A stretch of DNA of 64,000 nucleotides, taken from Tubiluchus corallicola (taxonomy: Eukaryota > Animalia > Priapulida). The notes beneath the pieces are model-generated. The model made no database searches and had not been told where the DNA came from. It worked only from the letters and a program-made list of their open reading frames with translations. Each line of letters opens with the position of its first letter. Position 1 is the stretch's first letter. The position numbers were made by a program, and so were the translations under genes. This document shows positions 50,701 through 64,000 of this stretch, piece by piece. The stretch covers positions 124,001 to 188,000 of the forward strand of contig JAQGDQ010000335.1 of the NCBI GenBank assembly GCA_030141605.1, written 5' to 3'.

Positions 50701-53700
50701 ATATATATATAAATAACTGAATTTTGCCAATGTACTTGAGTAAAAGTATGTAAAATTAACTTAATTTCGATTAAGAATAAAATGGTTCTAGTAAAAATGA
50801 CACTAAATGCACAAGCCAACTTGAAACAGTACTAAAAAACAGATCATAAACAATGTCTTTAGGGTGAAATTTAGTTGGACAGTTTTAGATTTTCGCTGCT
50901 AATCTCTTACCCTATTACCCAACAAGATGCAACCAGGTGAGCAAGTTATAATTAGCTTACCTCTTCTAAGACAGATGAAGAACAAAGGACAACATTCACT
51001 AATAACTAATAAGAGGCAATACATTATTAAACACGATGCACAAATACATGTATCCACACTAACATACATATGTACCTTACATAAAACAATGCAATTCTTA
51101 CAAAATCATATTAATCAAAAGCACTTTATGTAGTGAATTTTAAGTGGTGGAATATAGTTCTTGTGCAGACCTTATTTTTATGTCACATTACAATGTGTAA
51201 AGTACAATCGAGAATGTTTTGGATATTATTTAAGATCATTTATCATGCAAGAACTCTTAAAACTGTTGTACGCCCTATATTCTTGTGTTTTGGTACTGCC
51301 AAGGCTATACTTATACTGTACATATAATTTATAGATGCAGAAATACACCTTACATATACATTACGGATTTGTCTTAATTAGTATTCATGTCATGAAATTA
51401 ATCTTTTGCAAGTCCTCATTATGTCAAAACTGACTCATTTTTGTTCCTTTTAGGGAGTACCTTCTAGGATTCAGTAAGAGGAAGGCTGAAAGAAGAAAAG
51501 CCGCACAAGAAGAGGCACAAGAGCGATTTAAAGCAGACAAGAAACGAGCTAAAAGAGAGGTAAAATTATATATTTGTATGTATATATATATATATTTCAG
51601 TAGCATGATTTTGTTGCGATACATGCCAGTAGTGTGCTTATTCTTGTTTTTAGGATAATAATAGCATTTTCTATTATTAGGGTTAAAATTTAGATCTTAG
51701 CTATTACTTAAATTCTGTTTTATATTTGGTTAGCTTCCTCAGGTGTGTATAGCCAGTTGACATGGCTGCGAATAAAAATTGAACATACTTTATATCATGA
51801 TGCGATTTCGAAGGTAAACCCACTGTATGATTGTGCGTACAGTCTGAACTGGAATTTGAAATTACAAACCTGGACTGCAAAATTAAAATTATTTGGAAAA
51901 ACTTTATGATAAGTTCAGAAATTAAGACATTACTTAACTGAATTTATCAATCTCATTTAAGATCATCCACTGGCATTTTTTCTTATAGCAGTTCAAGTTC
52001 AACAGTCGTATTTAGTGAGAACCTTTGAATTACAGTTCACATCCATTAACTGCCTTTACATTGCCAGACCGTAAAAAGTGGACTTCAATGTTTTATCAAA
52101 ATTGGTAAAACCCCTTTCACTTTTTTCTTAGTTTTTCACAGTTTTAACAGTGATCACTAACACAATTCATTTAGGCAGTTCTGAGCTTTTCTGGCTTGTA
52201 AATAATGTAAAATTGCTTTTGTTTTGCATGTTTAGGTCAGAGATGCATTTAAGAAGCAAACTTTAACCAGCTCTGTACAAACTAAGCAGCCAAAGCCCCC
52301 TGAACCTGAACCAGTCACGATTGCACATCCTGAACATGTGGTTACTATAACAACCATTGAGGATCTGGATGTTACTAGTGGAGGTTTATTAATTGGACCA
52401 AATAAGGTATAACAAACTAATTTTATTAACTGAACTCCTTAGATGGGGTAATTTTTTTCATGCACATCAGCACATTGCAAGCTAGATTGACAGAGTCCAA
52501 CACTCAAAGATGAGCCTACTCTCACCCACTATCATATGCCTACTGTGACCCACAATAGCTATACAAATCACTCGCCCACGAATCCCTCAACAGTTTAGTC
52601 TCTTTTATAATTTGATATCATTTATTGTCTATAGGCTGCTGGCAATCTGCAGGTTAAATTTGTTTTTGTTACTTGCGAAAGCAAAAGAAGATGTAGAGCT
52701 GTTTTCTGTTTTGAGTTCTTGTGTAACTGTAACAAATCACTTCAGTTGTGCATTTTTGAGAGTAGCAGTTAGTTAAGCACTGAAAAATTTATTTCGTGGA
52801 TTTCTTTTAATGCTGAAGCCTATTGGATCATGTTACACTGTATCCTGTTTCAATATATACAGGAAGTATTTCTAAAATTCTAGCCTTACACTATAGATGC
52901 TTCTGTTCACATTAAAGCTTCCTAGTGCTAGATAAATACATCAGTTATATTAATGTGTATGCTTTATAGCACTGCTTTTTCAGAAATTACTTTCTGAAGA
53001 ATTAATTTTAGTTTTTGTCTGAGATTAGCTGTAGTATTTAATGTAAACTTTGTAAATTCGATGTGAATTGATTCTTTGTAATTCACTAGCTGATTCATGA
53101 CAGAAATTCACTGCTGTGCTTTCAGTGGTTCTGTGTGTTCCTTACTAAGCAGCTTTGCTGGTTATGCATTAAGTTTCTTCTCTATATACTTTATAGAATA
53201 TATTTAGAAAATAAGCCTGTTATATGTTTCACGACTTACGGCAATTTTGTTTTTTAATTTACAGAACTTAGTCAATGACACTGATGTAAATGCCAGTAAG
53301 AAGAATGGCTCGTCAAACAGTGTGTCACATAAAGAGGAAAGGTTTGATTTTTTTCTTTATTATAGGGAACTTTCTACTCTAATGTGCTATAATAATTAAA
53401 CTGCTTTTGGGAAATTTTATCAATAAGAGCTAAGATATGGTAAATGTGAATTTTTTATTAATCTTAAAATGTTAGTTGTAACGGAAGTTGTGTTTTTCAG
53501 TTTCACTCATGCTTTTCAAGATATCTAATAACTCTGCCTTGTGTAAAAGTGTGTCGGGTATTTTTATTTAGTAAAATATTTGGTTCTCTGCAGTCTGAGT
53601 AGTTTTAAATGTATGATATTATAATGGTGTTGGCTGTCTTTAAAGCTTGCTTGTCTGTGGGTCAAGCTTTAGTTCATTCAGGAAATTTTTCTTAAAAATG

Positions 53701-53908
53701 CCTCATCCGAAATAAGTCCCAATAACTATACTTTGCTTTTTTCAGTAACACTGTGTCTTTCAAAACAGCTGCTAACCAAAGGAGAGGAAATAAATCCAGC
53801 AGAAATGTGAAAAAACTGTACAAGGATATGCTCAAGAAAGAATCATTAGGAAAATACTCTAGTAAAAAAAGAAAGAAATTTCATCGTAAACAGAAAAAAC
53901 ACTGTTGA
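44796..53908 (+). CDS. NOL12: Nucleolar protein 12 (NOL12/Rrp17 family), 5 exons, ~197 aa
   Basis: Exons 44796-44872, 51454-51559, 52236-52406, 53265-53341 and 53746-53908 total 594 nt in one frame: [25 protein letters not shown](R)|[26 protein letters not shown]...|...[18 protein letters not shown]...|...[14 protein letters not shown]. It matches the NOL12 signature '[28 protein letters not shown]' and 'HPNHTVTVTTISDLDL'. Intron 1 is GC-AG. Confidence 0.88.
44975..46591 (+). CDS. GALNS: N-acetylgalactosamine-6-sulfatase, intronless, 538 aa
   Basis: Uninterrupted ORF with a hydrophobic signal peptide, LMDDMGWGD, formylglycine motif [46 protein letters not shown], and the GALNS-type C-terminus [14 protein letters not shown]...CIWPH. 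Confidence 0.96.
   Translation: MAAFTSSYLQLSCVLLCTNLMILFASCALYSETLFAPDYLELSNQPDNVILMLMDDMGWGDIGVFGNPAKETPNLDRMASEGITLTDFYTANPLCSPSRAALLTGRLPVRNGFYTTNIHARNSYTPQNIVGGIQDYELLLPQLLRTVGYQSKIVGKWHLGHRPQFLPLNHGFDEFFGSPNCHFGPFDDKKTPNIPVYRNSKMIGRYYEEFEISNSGKSNLTQLFIHEAVEFIHEQYKTGRQFFLYWAPDATHAPVYASKQFLGKSQRGRYGDAVMELDYGVGIILNTLKKLGIDKNTFVFFTSDNGAALVSKIFGGNNGPFLCGKQTTFEGGMREPAIAWWPHRIRQPGSIARQASTVMDLFSTALDIAGVEKPSDRIIDGQSLVPLLVSGITEDRPVFYYRGNEMMAVRHGLYKAHYWTWSNGEDEIKKGIDFCPGEEIANMTQHVLQNHTAQPLLFHLGRDPGEKYRIGFKTVEYDKAVKVIHEIVDNHKSKLEPGVPQLNDCDIAVENWAPPGCDKLKKCLPIPKSHKVKCIWPH
46987..47730 (-). mobile_element. Degenerate Tc1/mariner-superfamily (DDxD type) transposon fragment
   Basis: ta|cagggtgtttcaaaa TIR at 46987; ORF 47103..47405 has [20 protein letters not shown] (WPPRSPDLxPxDFFLWG-like) and [11 protein letters not shown]. 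The other TIR was not found. Confidence 0.75.
48050..48680 (-). mobile_element. CR1/L2-clade LINE reverse transcriptase fragment
   Basis: Minus-strand translation [28 protein letters not shown] (YADD-like box), then [28 protein letters not shown] and [10 protein letters not shown] across stops and frameshifts. Confidence 0.8.
49250..49638. mobile_element. MITE, ~390 bp
   Basis: TIRs agagtttcagctacagtca and tgactgtagcgaaactct; interior is CpG-richer than the flanks. Confidence 0.65.
49910..50354 (+). mobile_element. Internally deleted Tc1 (DD34E-type) element with ~90-bp TIRs
   Basis: Arms ~49910-50000 and ~50265-50354 are inverted copies (gagaatctatcacggcctcaatatttag and ctaaatattgagggcataatagattctc). 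The interior encodes [15 protein letters not shown] at ~50051, the Tc1 WPxxSPDLNPIE motif. Confidence 0.8.
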
Positions 53909-55809
53909 TGTATTTTCCTCAAGTATGGCTAGGGCAACTGCAGTTTGTGTTTATGTGAAGACATGTGTATTACTTAGTTTTAACAATATATGGTCCTAAG
54001 TAACGAAAACTTGGTTAGATGAAAGTGTTTCTGGTATGGTCACAGATTTGGTAAAAAAAACTGATGCTCTATCTTTCCCAAAAATGAGTTATTAAAATTT
54101 TACACTCAAAGAGAATTTTAAAGCTTTTTCACTTTGCAATTAGTGCAATTTTCCATTCACTTTTGATTTATATTCATTTGTAGTGTTTTTATCTTACATC
54201 AAGTGTGTTTTATTTTGATTTTGTCATGTAGCATATGCTGCTTTTCCCTTGAATGTTAGGGAAAAAGCCATGTTTTTCCAGCACAATTTTGGTTTGAATT
54301 TATTACATGTATAGGTAATATACATAATTATAAAAGGTTCCATGATTGTTGTTTCAATCTTGTCCATTCACTGATTGCCAAAGTTTTATGGTTTTCGTCT
54401 GAACGCAACTTGGAGTGTTGGTAACTGAATTTTCCGAATTTTATTGATGCATTCAGCTGTTCGGCAGACTGCTCGGCTATTTGACGGCCTGCTTTGTGCA
54501 CATGTCAGTCAAAGAACAGTTCCTGTTAGATTCGCTCAACTCTTATCCAGTACTGCTGAACGCAAGCAACTAGACTGCAGTACTGATGTTGTTTATTGCT
54601 ATCGTTATCCGTCCTGTAAAAAGTTATTCTTTGTGTTTTATGGAAAAACATTTTATGAGAAAAAATTATTGAACAAACAACTGTACCACTTCTGCGAGTA
54701 TGTTCTATCCAGGGCTTTATGGTGATTGACCAAGCATGTAGCAATCTCTAAAACACTGTGGAAAAAACTAGTGATTACACTATTGAACCACTATCACAGC
54801 CAACTAAGCCAAGCTGTAATTTTATTGAATATAGCTTTAAAATTAACATAAATATGAAGACTCGTTAAACAAATGTGACGTCTTGCTATATAATATTTCT
54901 CTAATTTACTTTAATGTGAGTGAACTTGTTTTTGACTGATGAATTTTATGATAGTCTGTTCACATCATTATTGGCTTTTCATTTGCAGAAAGGTTAGAGA
55001 CCGGACAGGGAAATTCTGAGAAACTGCTAATTTGCTGCTAGTTATTGTGATTCAAGCTGAGCTAGGCAGTTATAATGACTAGAGCTGACAAACTGCTATT
55101 GATATTTTTTCTGAAAATGTCAATATCCTGTGCAAACAAGGTGCTTAATATGCTTATTTGCATCATATACATCTTATTAAAAAATATGTATGGAAAAGGT
55201 TTTGAATAATAAGCAGAGAAATGTGCCCAAGCTTTACATGGCTGCCAGTGGAAATATATCACAGTACCAGCCAAAAGTAATTGGTTAAAACTATGATTAG
55301 GAAAAATTGGAGAGAAATAAAACTTTCAAGATTTTCTCTTTTCAGAATCTTGAAAAACTGTATAAATTTAAAAAATAGTTAAATTTATTCAAATCAGCAT
55401 ATGGTAACAAATTGTGAAGTAGATGATTAAAATGATACAAGTAGATTAATTCCTAACACAAAAGTCATCATCCCAAATGTGAATAAAAACGTAAATATGA
55501 GGTAACACATTTTAACAGTGAGTCAGTGGCCATATCTTAAGACAAACATAAGATAAATAAGGTAATATAAGATATCAGAAAAGAAGGTAAACAAGCACAT
55601 AGTATTTCCAGTTGTTACAGCTAATTAGAAACACTTGTTTTTAATAGTCTTGTTCAATGTAACTTTTAATGACATTACAGCTTTATCTTCTGATCAAAGG
55701 TTCACTCCAGTGTCAATCTCAACTCCATGTGGAACATAGAGGCACATTAACCATAATTAGGCCTAGGTGTTAACATAACTCGGTACCGTCCGAAAAATTT
55801 TAAGAAACG

Positions 55810-55975
55810 TAAGACAAACAACTCCGAATAGATGAATATTCATTAGCAAACTGAAATTCAGTATGATTGATGAAAGAAAATTCAATTCAATTTTCTATCT
55901 TTTTCATTTTGTTTCATTAGTCATGGTGAATTTCAGTTATTAATGAAAAGTATTTATTTTGGATTGTTTTTATCT
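55810..55975. repeat. Degenerate foldback/MITE-like palindrome
   Basis: ttcattagcaaactgaaattcagtatgattgatgaaa versus tttcattagtcatggtgaatttcagttattaatgaa are imperfect reverse complements. Confidence 0.6.
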
Positions 55976-57582
55976 GGTATGTGCCCATATATTGCTGTGA
56001 CATATGATATGTTGTATGCCAATCCCAGATCCCTGTCACTAGAATATTGTGGAAGTGATCCCATTCAGTAAGTCATCTTGCTTAATACATAATGTTAAAT
56101 CTGAATAACATTGTGAGACTTGAACCTGTGATCCATTATTTGCATATCAAAATGAAAAACTACAAGAACTAACGTGTCTGGTAAACCGAGCAGACTTGGA
56201 TATTAGAGCCAAGCGTTTAAAAACATAATATTTTTGCTATTCGGTTCCTGTTGATTAACTGATTATATAGTAAGAAAAATTACTACAAAATATCGCAAGT
56301 TATCTTTGCAGTGTGCAAAGTTGCTGGGTTTTCTTGCGTTTTTTATTATTTCTGACATTAGTTTGTTATTTTTACGAAACACCATAATAATGATATCATT
56401 TTTTTTAACTTTATTTATAACTTGTACGTTTAGTCACAGTTTACCGTTAATATATCTTTCCTGAAATAAACTATTATACACTCTAACGGTCTAACTAGCC
56501 ATGTGAAACCGGTGTTGTTAACAAGGCATGTAAAGCATTACAGAAAATATACACCTTAATCGCTATCTTTGCTTGAGTCTTGGAGGGTTAATTCAGCTAC
56601 ATTCAACTCTCTGATATGATAGTGCGTGTGTTTCACGGTAATTGCTGTAATCTCTATCATCGAGTGGCGACGTATCAGGCGCCTACAGTGAAGCCGCTTA
56701 CGATACATGCAACCTGGCTTTACGCCATCGGTACCAAGTGCAATGGACCCTGTCGCCCTGTTACACCGTGACACCCAGTCAAGAACCGTCCTATTGACAC
56801 AGCATCGTGTAAACGTGAGCAGCGTGTGTTCAACAAATTTTCCAACATCAGTTATCATTCTCGAAAAGACTGGCTATCAATAAATTATTATTAACTTTGG
56901 CCATCGTGCGAGTTCAGTGCACTAGTTGTGATTATGGCTTTCTACAAATTTTGTCGCAAATCATGCTTTATACGCGACTATTTTTACCTAGAACATTAAT
57001 GACATTTAATGTCATTGCACTATGCTAGGTTTGGGCTAAACTAATTTTTTCAAGAGTAAGACATATAAGGTTATCGTACTTTATGCGTCATGACGTAGAA
57101 CACGAAGTAATTTTCACCTGGTCTGATTTTGGTCAACTAAATTAGCGATTTGCACTACTACTATAATCATCATTATCATCACCATCATCATCAGCATCGC
57201 TATTGCTTTTTCTGGCAATAATGTTCAACACTAATAAGGTACATCATAGTAATTGTTACGTAAATAGTTCACTCCCTTTCTGTTTTTTTGTCCTTAATTT
57301 CTTTTTTGTGTTACGCTGCCTTGTCTTTTTTAATATGTATATTTTCTCCCAGTTCCATCTGGTTTCAGTGTCTTCTTTCCTCAATCTTTCTTCATTCCAC
57401 TGATGCTTTTTTGTTTCTCCTAGTCTACATGCTTACGTTTTTCTTTCTCTTTACATTTGTTGCTTTCCTCTTCTCGCCTCACCCGTATTTAGCTTTCTGT
57501 CTTTTGATTTTGTTTCCCGTCTCCTCTCTTTTTACCTGCGCTTCTCTTTTTTCTTACTTTCGTCTTTCTTCGCTTTCCTTGC

Positions 57583-57710
<128 letters not shown>

Positions 57711-58302
57711 TTTTCTGTTCCTTTCAAGCCTATTTATAGAAATGCTCGTCGCGTGACGTCATCTGCACGCTATATTTAGGTTCAGCGGTTTGCAAATCTT
57801 GTCGCAATTTATACTAAACAAATTGAATTAGTTGACGTACATGTAAGATACTCAACACGAACTAGCTTGCGGGCTTCTGCCCCTTATCTAGAGCGAGAGC
57901 CTCGATTTATTGAATTATCGTCGGAGAGTGCACATTGGGGGATCGCCTCTTTTGACTCGATACTGTGATGACTGATGACGTCAACGCTTGAGTGGATTCA
58001 CTATGGAGCAACCTCAAAACGTGCTGCTTATGTGAGCTTGAACTGTGTGACGAAACTCGTTTAACGGAGTGCTTTTGGGCGGGACATGACGCACTCTTGA
58101 GACCTTTTAATAATACCTGGAAACTTGAAAGATAAACCTGTAAAATCCTTAATTCGTGAATCTGTAATGACTCTTTACAGGTACGAAATTCGATATTACG
58201 TTTTCTAAACTTGAAACTTATTTTTAACGAATTTGGTAAATCCTGCACAGGTAAACTTTTATAGCGAGCGGTCGGACTCCATAATGTTCATTTTGCCACT
58301 CA

Positions 58303-58305
<3 letters not shown>

Positions 58306-58373
<68 letters not shown>
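58306..58373. repeat. (AAT)n/(ATT)n microsatellite
   Basis: taataataataatattattattatt... visible directly; gives the poly-N ORF 58224..58409. Confidence 0.97.
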
Positions 58374-58375
<2 letters not shown>

Positions 58376-59074
58376 ACAAAATATAAAAAGAGATAATTAG
58401 TATACACATAAAAAAGAATGAAATAAATAGAGAATGAATTTAAAAAAGAATGAATGACATTAGTTTTCACTTTTTTTCACAAATAATCCTGTAAACATAC
58501 GTTAAGCACACTAAAAATTAGCTTTTTGACATTGTCATTACCAATCCTTAAATGGAAACCATAGGTACTTTCTTAAATGGCAATGATTCGTTAGCAATAT
58601 AGTTGGTTAAATGCAACATTAACTGAACATTATTGGTGCTAAAGTTTTAAATTTTCTTTAAAAATTTAATTTTCTGCGGTGATTTAGAAAGTTTGTAGGC
58701 ATAGTGCCACAGTAATTCGTTAACACTCTCACTATGTCTATAATTAAATATCTCCTCATAGGCTGAGTTCCACCAAACTTGTAAAATATTTTCTTCCTCA
58801 AAAATAATGAGCTATTTCTACTGCATACAACTGGATTGGTAAACAATATGCATTTTGTCAAAGTTTTGCACACCATTTTACTACATCTCCCTCCCTAGCG
58901 TTGAGAATATCGAATTCAGAGATGCATAACATTTGTTTTACTTATAGCAATGTCCGTTTTCAAACTTATATCTGATTTTATATCAATTTCTTGTTATTTG
59001 GCCTTTTTTCCAAATCGGCATTTTACCGCAAAAGTATTTTACCAACACAGTGACCTGCATTATATACGTATAAC

Positions 59075-59559
<485 letters not shown>

Positions 59560-62500
59560 CGTATAACAGCTAAGATTAGTTTTACTACGGTTAAATGTAG
59601 CAGAACAACTTTGACCTTCAGTACATTTCACAAATTTTCAACATTTTTTGACGATTATCGTTATGTGAACCAGCCATTAAGGTGATATCATAGACACATA
59701 AAATTTAAGCTATTTTTTTAAAATTTAATCCCATTTTACAACAGCTTTTGACTTGTTATACCAATTGATCAATATTTTAATAAAACATCGAGGTACATGT
59801 ACATTCTAACAATTTTAGGTACAATATTTTATCAAGAACCTTTATCAACTGGCAGAAGGATTTCTCTGGGCAAAAAACGACACAGTCTGTTTAATAGTAT
59901 AAATGGCAAGTGAACACCTCCAGCCGCTTATATATATATATATATGAATTGAAATTGATCACTTCCAAGATAATTTTAAATTTTTTGTTAGTAACACTGA
60001 TTCAAATAACTTTGAAGGATTTTGAAATAATTAGAGAGAAGGAGTTACTGCTCGGTAATCATCAAAACTAATAAAGTCGCATTGATTATTTTCTCTATGG
60101 GAGAAATTACATTTTTACCAAAACCATTAATCACAGGATAACCATCAATAAAAATTGGGTTAATTAACAATGTCAGATACAATGTTAAAACATTCGGCGA
60201 ATAAAGAAGTGTTCAGCGTAAAGTTCACTTATTAACAATTTATTTGTAAATACGTCTGTATAGTTGTTATTTTTTCTCACTACCACGTCTCAGTTTGAAT
60301 ATACTCAATTGACAATAAAATGTTTTAAGCTTTTACAGTTAAAAGGTGAACAAAAGTTGAAAATTTCGTCGGAGAAACAACAACAGAGTATTACAGTTTC
60401 GAAACAACAAATGGAGCTCCTCCGCCTCCTCCCGTTGTGCAACCTTATAAGTTATGTCCACCGCACTCTACTCTACACGTCCCTTATCATGTTTAGGTTA
60501 ATTCAAATGGTCGGCTTCTTTGCACTCTGCGATGACGCGCCTACTCGCGCAACCGTTCGTAACCTCGATACGTCACGGAAACAGTCGTAGTCTACGCGGG
60601 TTTTGAGCCAATAAACCTGATAGGTTGATTCGAGACATCTAATGTTTGTTTAATCGACCTGTTTTCTAAATGAGTGCAGCCTCAATTTTCGTCAACAGTT
60701 TGTCACGTGACCCACGCAAAGAAGAAGCCAGATAATTCCGCGTAAACGTGATTAGCTGCAAGATAACGATGAAAGTCTTGAGACGATGTACATGGGAAAT
60801 TATAGATGAAAACGAGTCGAGATTGACAAACAGCGGGATAACGAATGAGAAAGGGAAAAGGTAAACGCGTGGGCCTATCTACTGTGGAATAGGTTGTACA
60901 TCCAAATACAATCTCCGACTTGTTTTTTAGTCTGTTTTTATCGTTTTTCATCTCCCTCTTCGATTCTTTTCTCCCTGTATTCTCGTTACCGCGCTTGTTT
61001 CTGTCTTTCTCTTCCTGGTTTTCTCCTTGTTTCTCCTTCACCTTCATCTTCCTTCACCTCCAACGCATTTCTGCTCGTTTTCTCTTTTTTCTTCATTTCT
61101 TGCGACCTTATCTTTTTTCGTCTTTGTGTGTCTCAATAATTAAGAATAATTAAAAAATAATATCCTTTAGTGGCAAGGGTGACACTAGGAGATCATGGAG
61201 AGGATTGACGGGAGGTGGGTTATGACTAATGTCCAGTTTTCTGGCCCACCCAAGAATGCCTGAGTGAGAAGACAAATTGTCTAGTGTAAAATAATGCTAC
61301 TTTAAGTTTTTTAGGTCAGATTCTTTAGGCAATCCAAACAACGACTGCAAAAAATGGAGTTTAAGTGCGCGTATTCAAAAATGTCTATAACTCAAAAAGG
61401 ATTTAGGAACGAAAACATACATGTTTATAAATGATGTAACTAGTTCATGTCCATGTGTTTTATTATGAACAACAATATCATTTAAATGGCTTGAATACTG
61501 AATGATTTATCATCGTTCGACTACTGGAGTTACCAAAACAGGGCAAAATGAGTTTAACTACATTTAAGTATAGCTATAGAAATCTTTACCATCAAACTGT
61601 CCAAAGCGGTAACAATTACAATGTTTTATATTCTAGTTTAAGTTAAATTCAGAATTCAAAATAAATTTACAAGAAACCATAGGCATTATAAAAGTTATTA
61701 TTAAGTGCTATGCTATTGCAGTCTAGATTTCTGGTGAAATTAATAGGTTTCATCTGCTTGTGTCAGATCCTATCGTCTTATATCAACTGCTAAACACTTA
61801 ATCAAATGCAGCTGAAAGCGTTTAGCCTGAAATCGCAACAAACACGAGTTCATTGCGCCAGCGAACTTGGCTTCACTTGACTTGGTTTTCATCGGGAAGG
61901 GTTAAAGTCGATACGTGGAAATTTTCACGATTATTATTGCGGCGATTGTAAATTCCTTTCGCGGATTTCAATAGGAATTTAAGGACGTTTTATGTGACTT
62001 TTCGCGTTTTGCTGATTAGGCACTAATCTTCATAAGTTGAGCTGTAGGAATCTGAACGAGGTTGTTCTTCGTCGACGTGCGCACATTTTGATGCTCCTCG
62101 TCGTTGCCAGTACTGAATAACTGATGTCGAAAGCACTGAGGTAGCGGATGCTGATGTTATAGGCATTAAAAAGGCTTCAGTATTATGACTGGCCTATGTT
62201 GTTTCCATTTAATTGGCTGAGCCTAAACGTGCCTGTTCTACTATAGGTTTCCGCGCTTCACTGTCAAAGCTTGACATATACCATTGTGCCAGTTGAAAAC
62301 ATAGTTTTGGCAAGTTTAAACAATTACATAGCATATACATTGCAGTATCAAAACTTTCACAGTCCCCAATTGCTCCGTGGAACGATGTCGATGTCCCTGT
62401 GTATGAGCAATGAATTTCTCTACAGCCCGTTATAAATACGGAAAAATCATTTTTATGCTCCCACTGCATTCATTCTTCCACCCAGTGTCATATTCGTAGC

Positions 62501-63139
62501 TCTGTTGCTACAGTTTCAAGAACACTTCAATGTCTAATTGGTATTAGCATTATTACATTGATCCGGGCTTCCTTGTAAACTGTGAAGAAATTATTAGGCG
62601 CGGTCGGAATAGTATTGCGGGAGATTTAAAATGAAAATAAGCAAAAAATCCTGTCAATGCGAGTACGATATACGCATAAAATTGCTATACGGCAATATAT
62701 TTTTTAATTCGATTTTGCTGAAACTACTTCAGGTACCCCTTTCCTTGTCCTTTAATATTACACTGTATTTGTAAGTTCTCTGTGTTGATCACATGTATTG
62801 CGCAATCAAGACGTTTTGTGCAGACTTGTTGTACGTTGGCACTTGGCAGCGGGCCTAAAGTTGTTTACGCAACATTTAACTTTGTACGTGGATAATTATA
62901 TAGGTTAACAAATGAGAGCACAGATTAGAAGTTATTTATACGCAGTAGAATGTGTACATAGGATACATGAAATAAATGGTACGCGTAGAAAGGAGAACAT
63001 GGGTGCAGCTCATACGAAAACGTCATTGGCAGTTTTTGGCACGCACTCCTACAGTTTTATGTAAACTTTATGTAAATAGTAAATGTGATGTGATATACGG
63101 GCGATTACACGACAATATATAAAAAACCAAATGCTGGAA

Positions 63140-63181
63140 GAACGAGCGAGCGAGAGCGAGAGATGAAGGGAAGGGGAGAGA

Positions 63182-63226
<45 letters not shown>
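63140..63226. repeat. (GA)n microsatellite
   Basis: Purine tract ending in about 20 GA units. Confidence 0.95.
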
Positions 63227-63230
<4 letters not shown>

Positions 63231-64000
63231 GAAAATTTCAAGTCGCAGCTTGAAATTTCCTGGTTGTTCACGTAGTCGTATCTAATTCACATTTTATACG
63301 CGTTTCCAGATACTCGGCAACAAACTTCAGAAAGCCATTTCAGCTTTAAATCACTGCCAGCGTTTATTGCTTTTATTTATGAAAATGTCACTTGCATCAG
63401 AAAATGAAAATTTATCGTGTACTTCCGAAAAGCGGAGGTTCGAGGAAATGGAAACCTTATTAAAAAGCTGAATTGTTATAAAAGAAAAACAACGAAATCT
63501 AAGAAGCTTTGCATAATTTCTGCAAAATGCCGCTTAGGTCTGGCTGCGTCCGTGGGCTGGAGCAAGAGTACAGGTGAATTCAGAGAATTATGTTCGGGCT
63601 TTTCAAGCTGTATAATGGCTTCATACTATATTATACACTTCAGACATATTATGCATTGCATAATACTGTAATTGAAAAAACAAAGTAAATAAAAACAAAT
63701 CCGGTTATTCTGTAGGCTAACTGGCTGATTGTCATGACATTGACTCTCGAGGACTACTGGAGGAACTTTAATTTATGAACACTCTGAAAGACTTCTTATT
63801 GCTAGTTTAGAAAGTATGCGTAATTTATGTAGGCGGAGTCGGATAAACGGCATTACTGTTTTAGGCATCTAACATAATAATAAAATTCAAAAGAGTGTTT
63901 CTGACAGGTAATTACGGTTCGCCGATTTTTATAATTATTTTATTTGCTAGTTACTGCAACCTTGTGAGCCCATTAGCTACAATTAGCTTATGTCTACATT

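Noticed and set aside
57861-57885. Helitron-like 3' end (GC hairpin followed by CTAG on the - strand)
   Set aside because: The motif is very short and no matching 5' end or second copy was seen.

Overview
AT-rich, intron-rich metazoan (invertebrate-like) genomic DNA, not prokaryotic. Four genes can be reconstructed by hand: a DCN1-like DCUN1D4/5 gene (- strand, 8 coding exons, 835-10840), BTAF1/Mot1 (- strand, about 36 coding exons, 14614-42555, with one U12-type intron), NOL12/Rrp17 (+ strand, 5 exons, 44796-53908, missed by the ORF track) and an intronless GALNS sulfatase (+ strand, 44975-46591). The most unusual feature is that GALNS lies on the same strand inside NOL12 intron 1, starting 102 nt after a non-canonical GC 5' splice site. 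The two genes may therefore be alternative outputs of one promoter, possibly shared head-to-head with BTAF1. Introns and intergenic DNA carry a Buster-type hAT remnant with a perfect 8-bp TSD, several MITEs, Tc1/mariner and LINE fragments, hairpins, a 47-bp minisatellite and long (CT)n tracts. The last ~8 kb has no recognisable CDS and looks CpG-richer. Coordinates were counted by eye and may be off by a few bases; no database searches were run.
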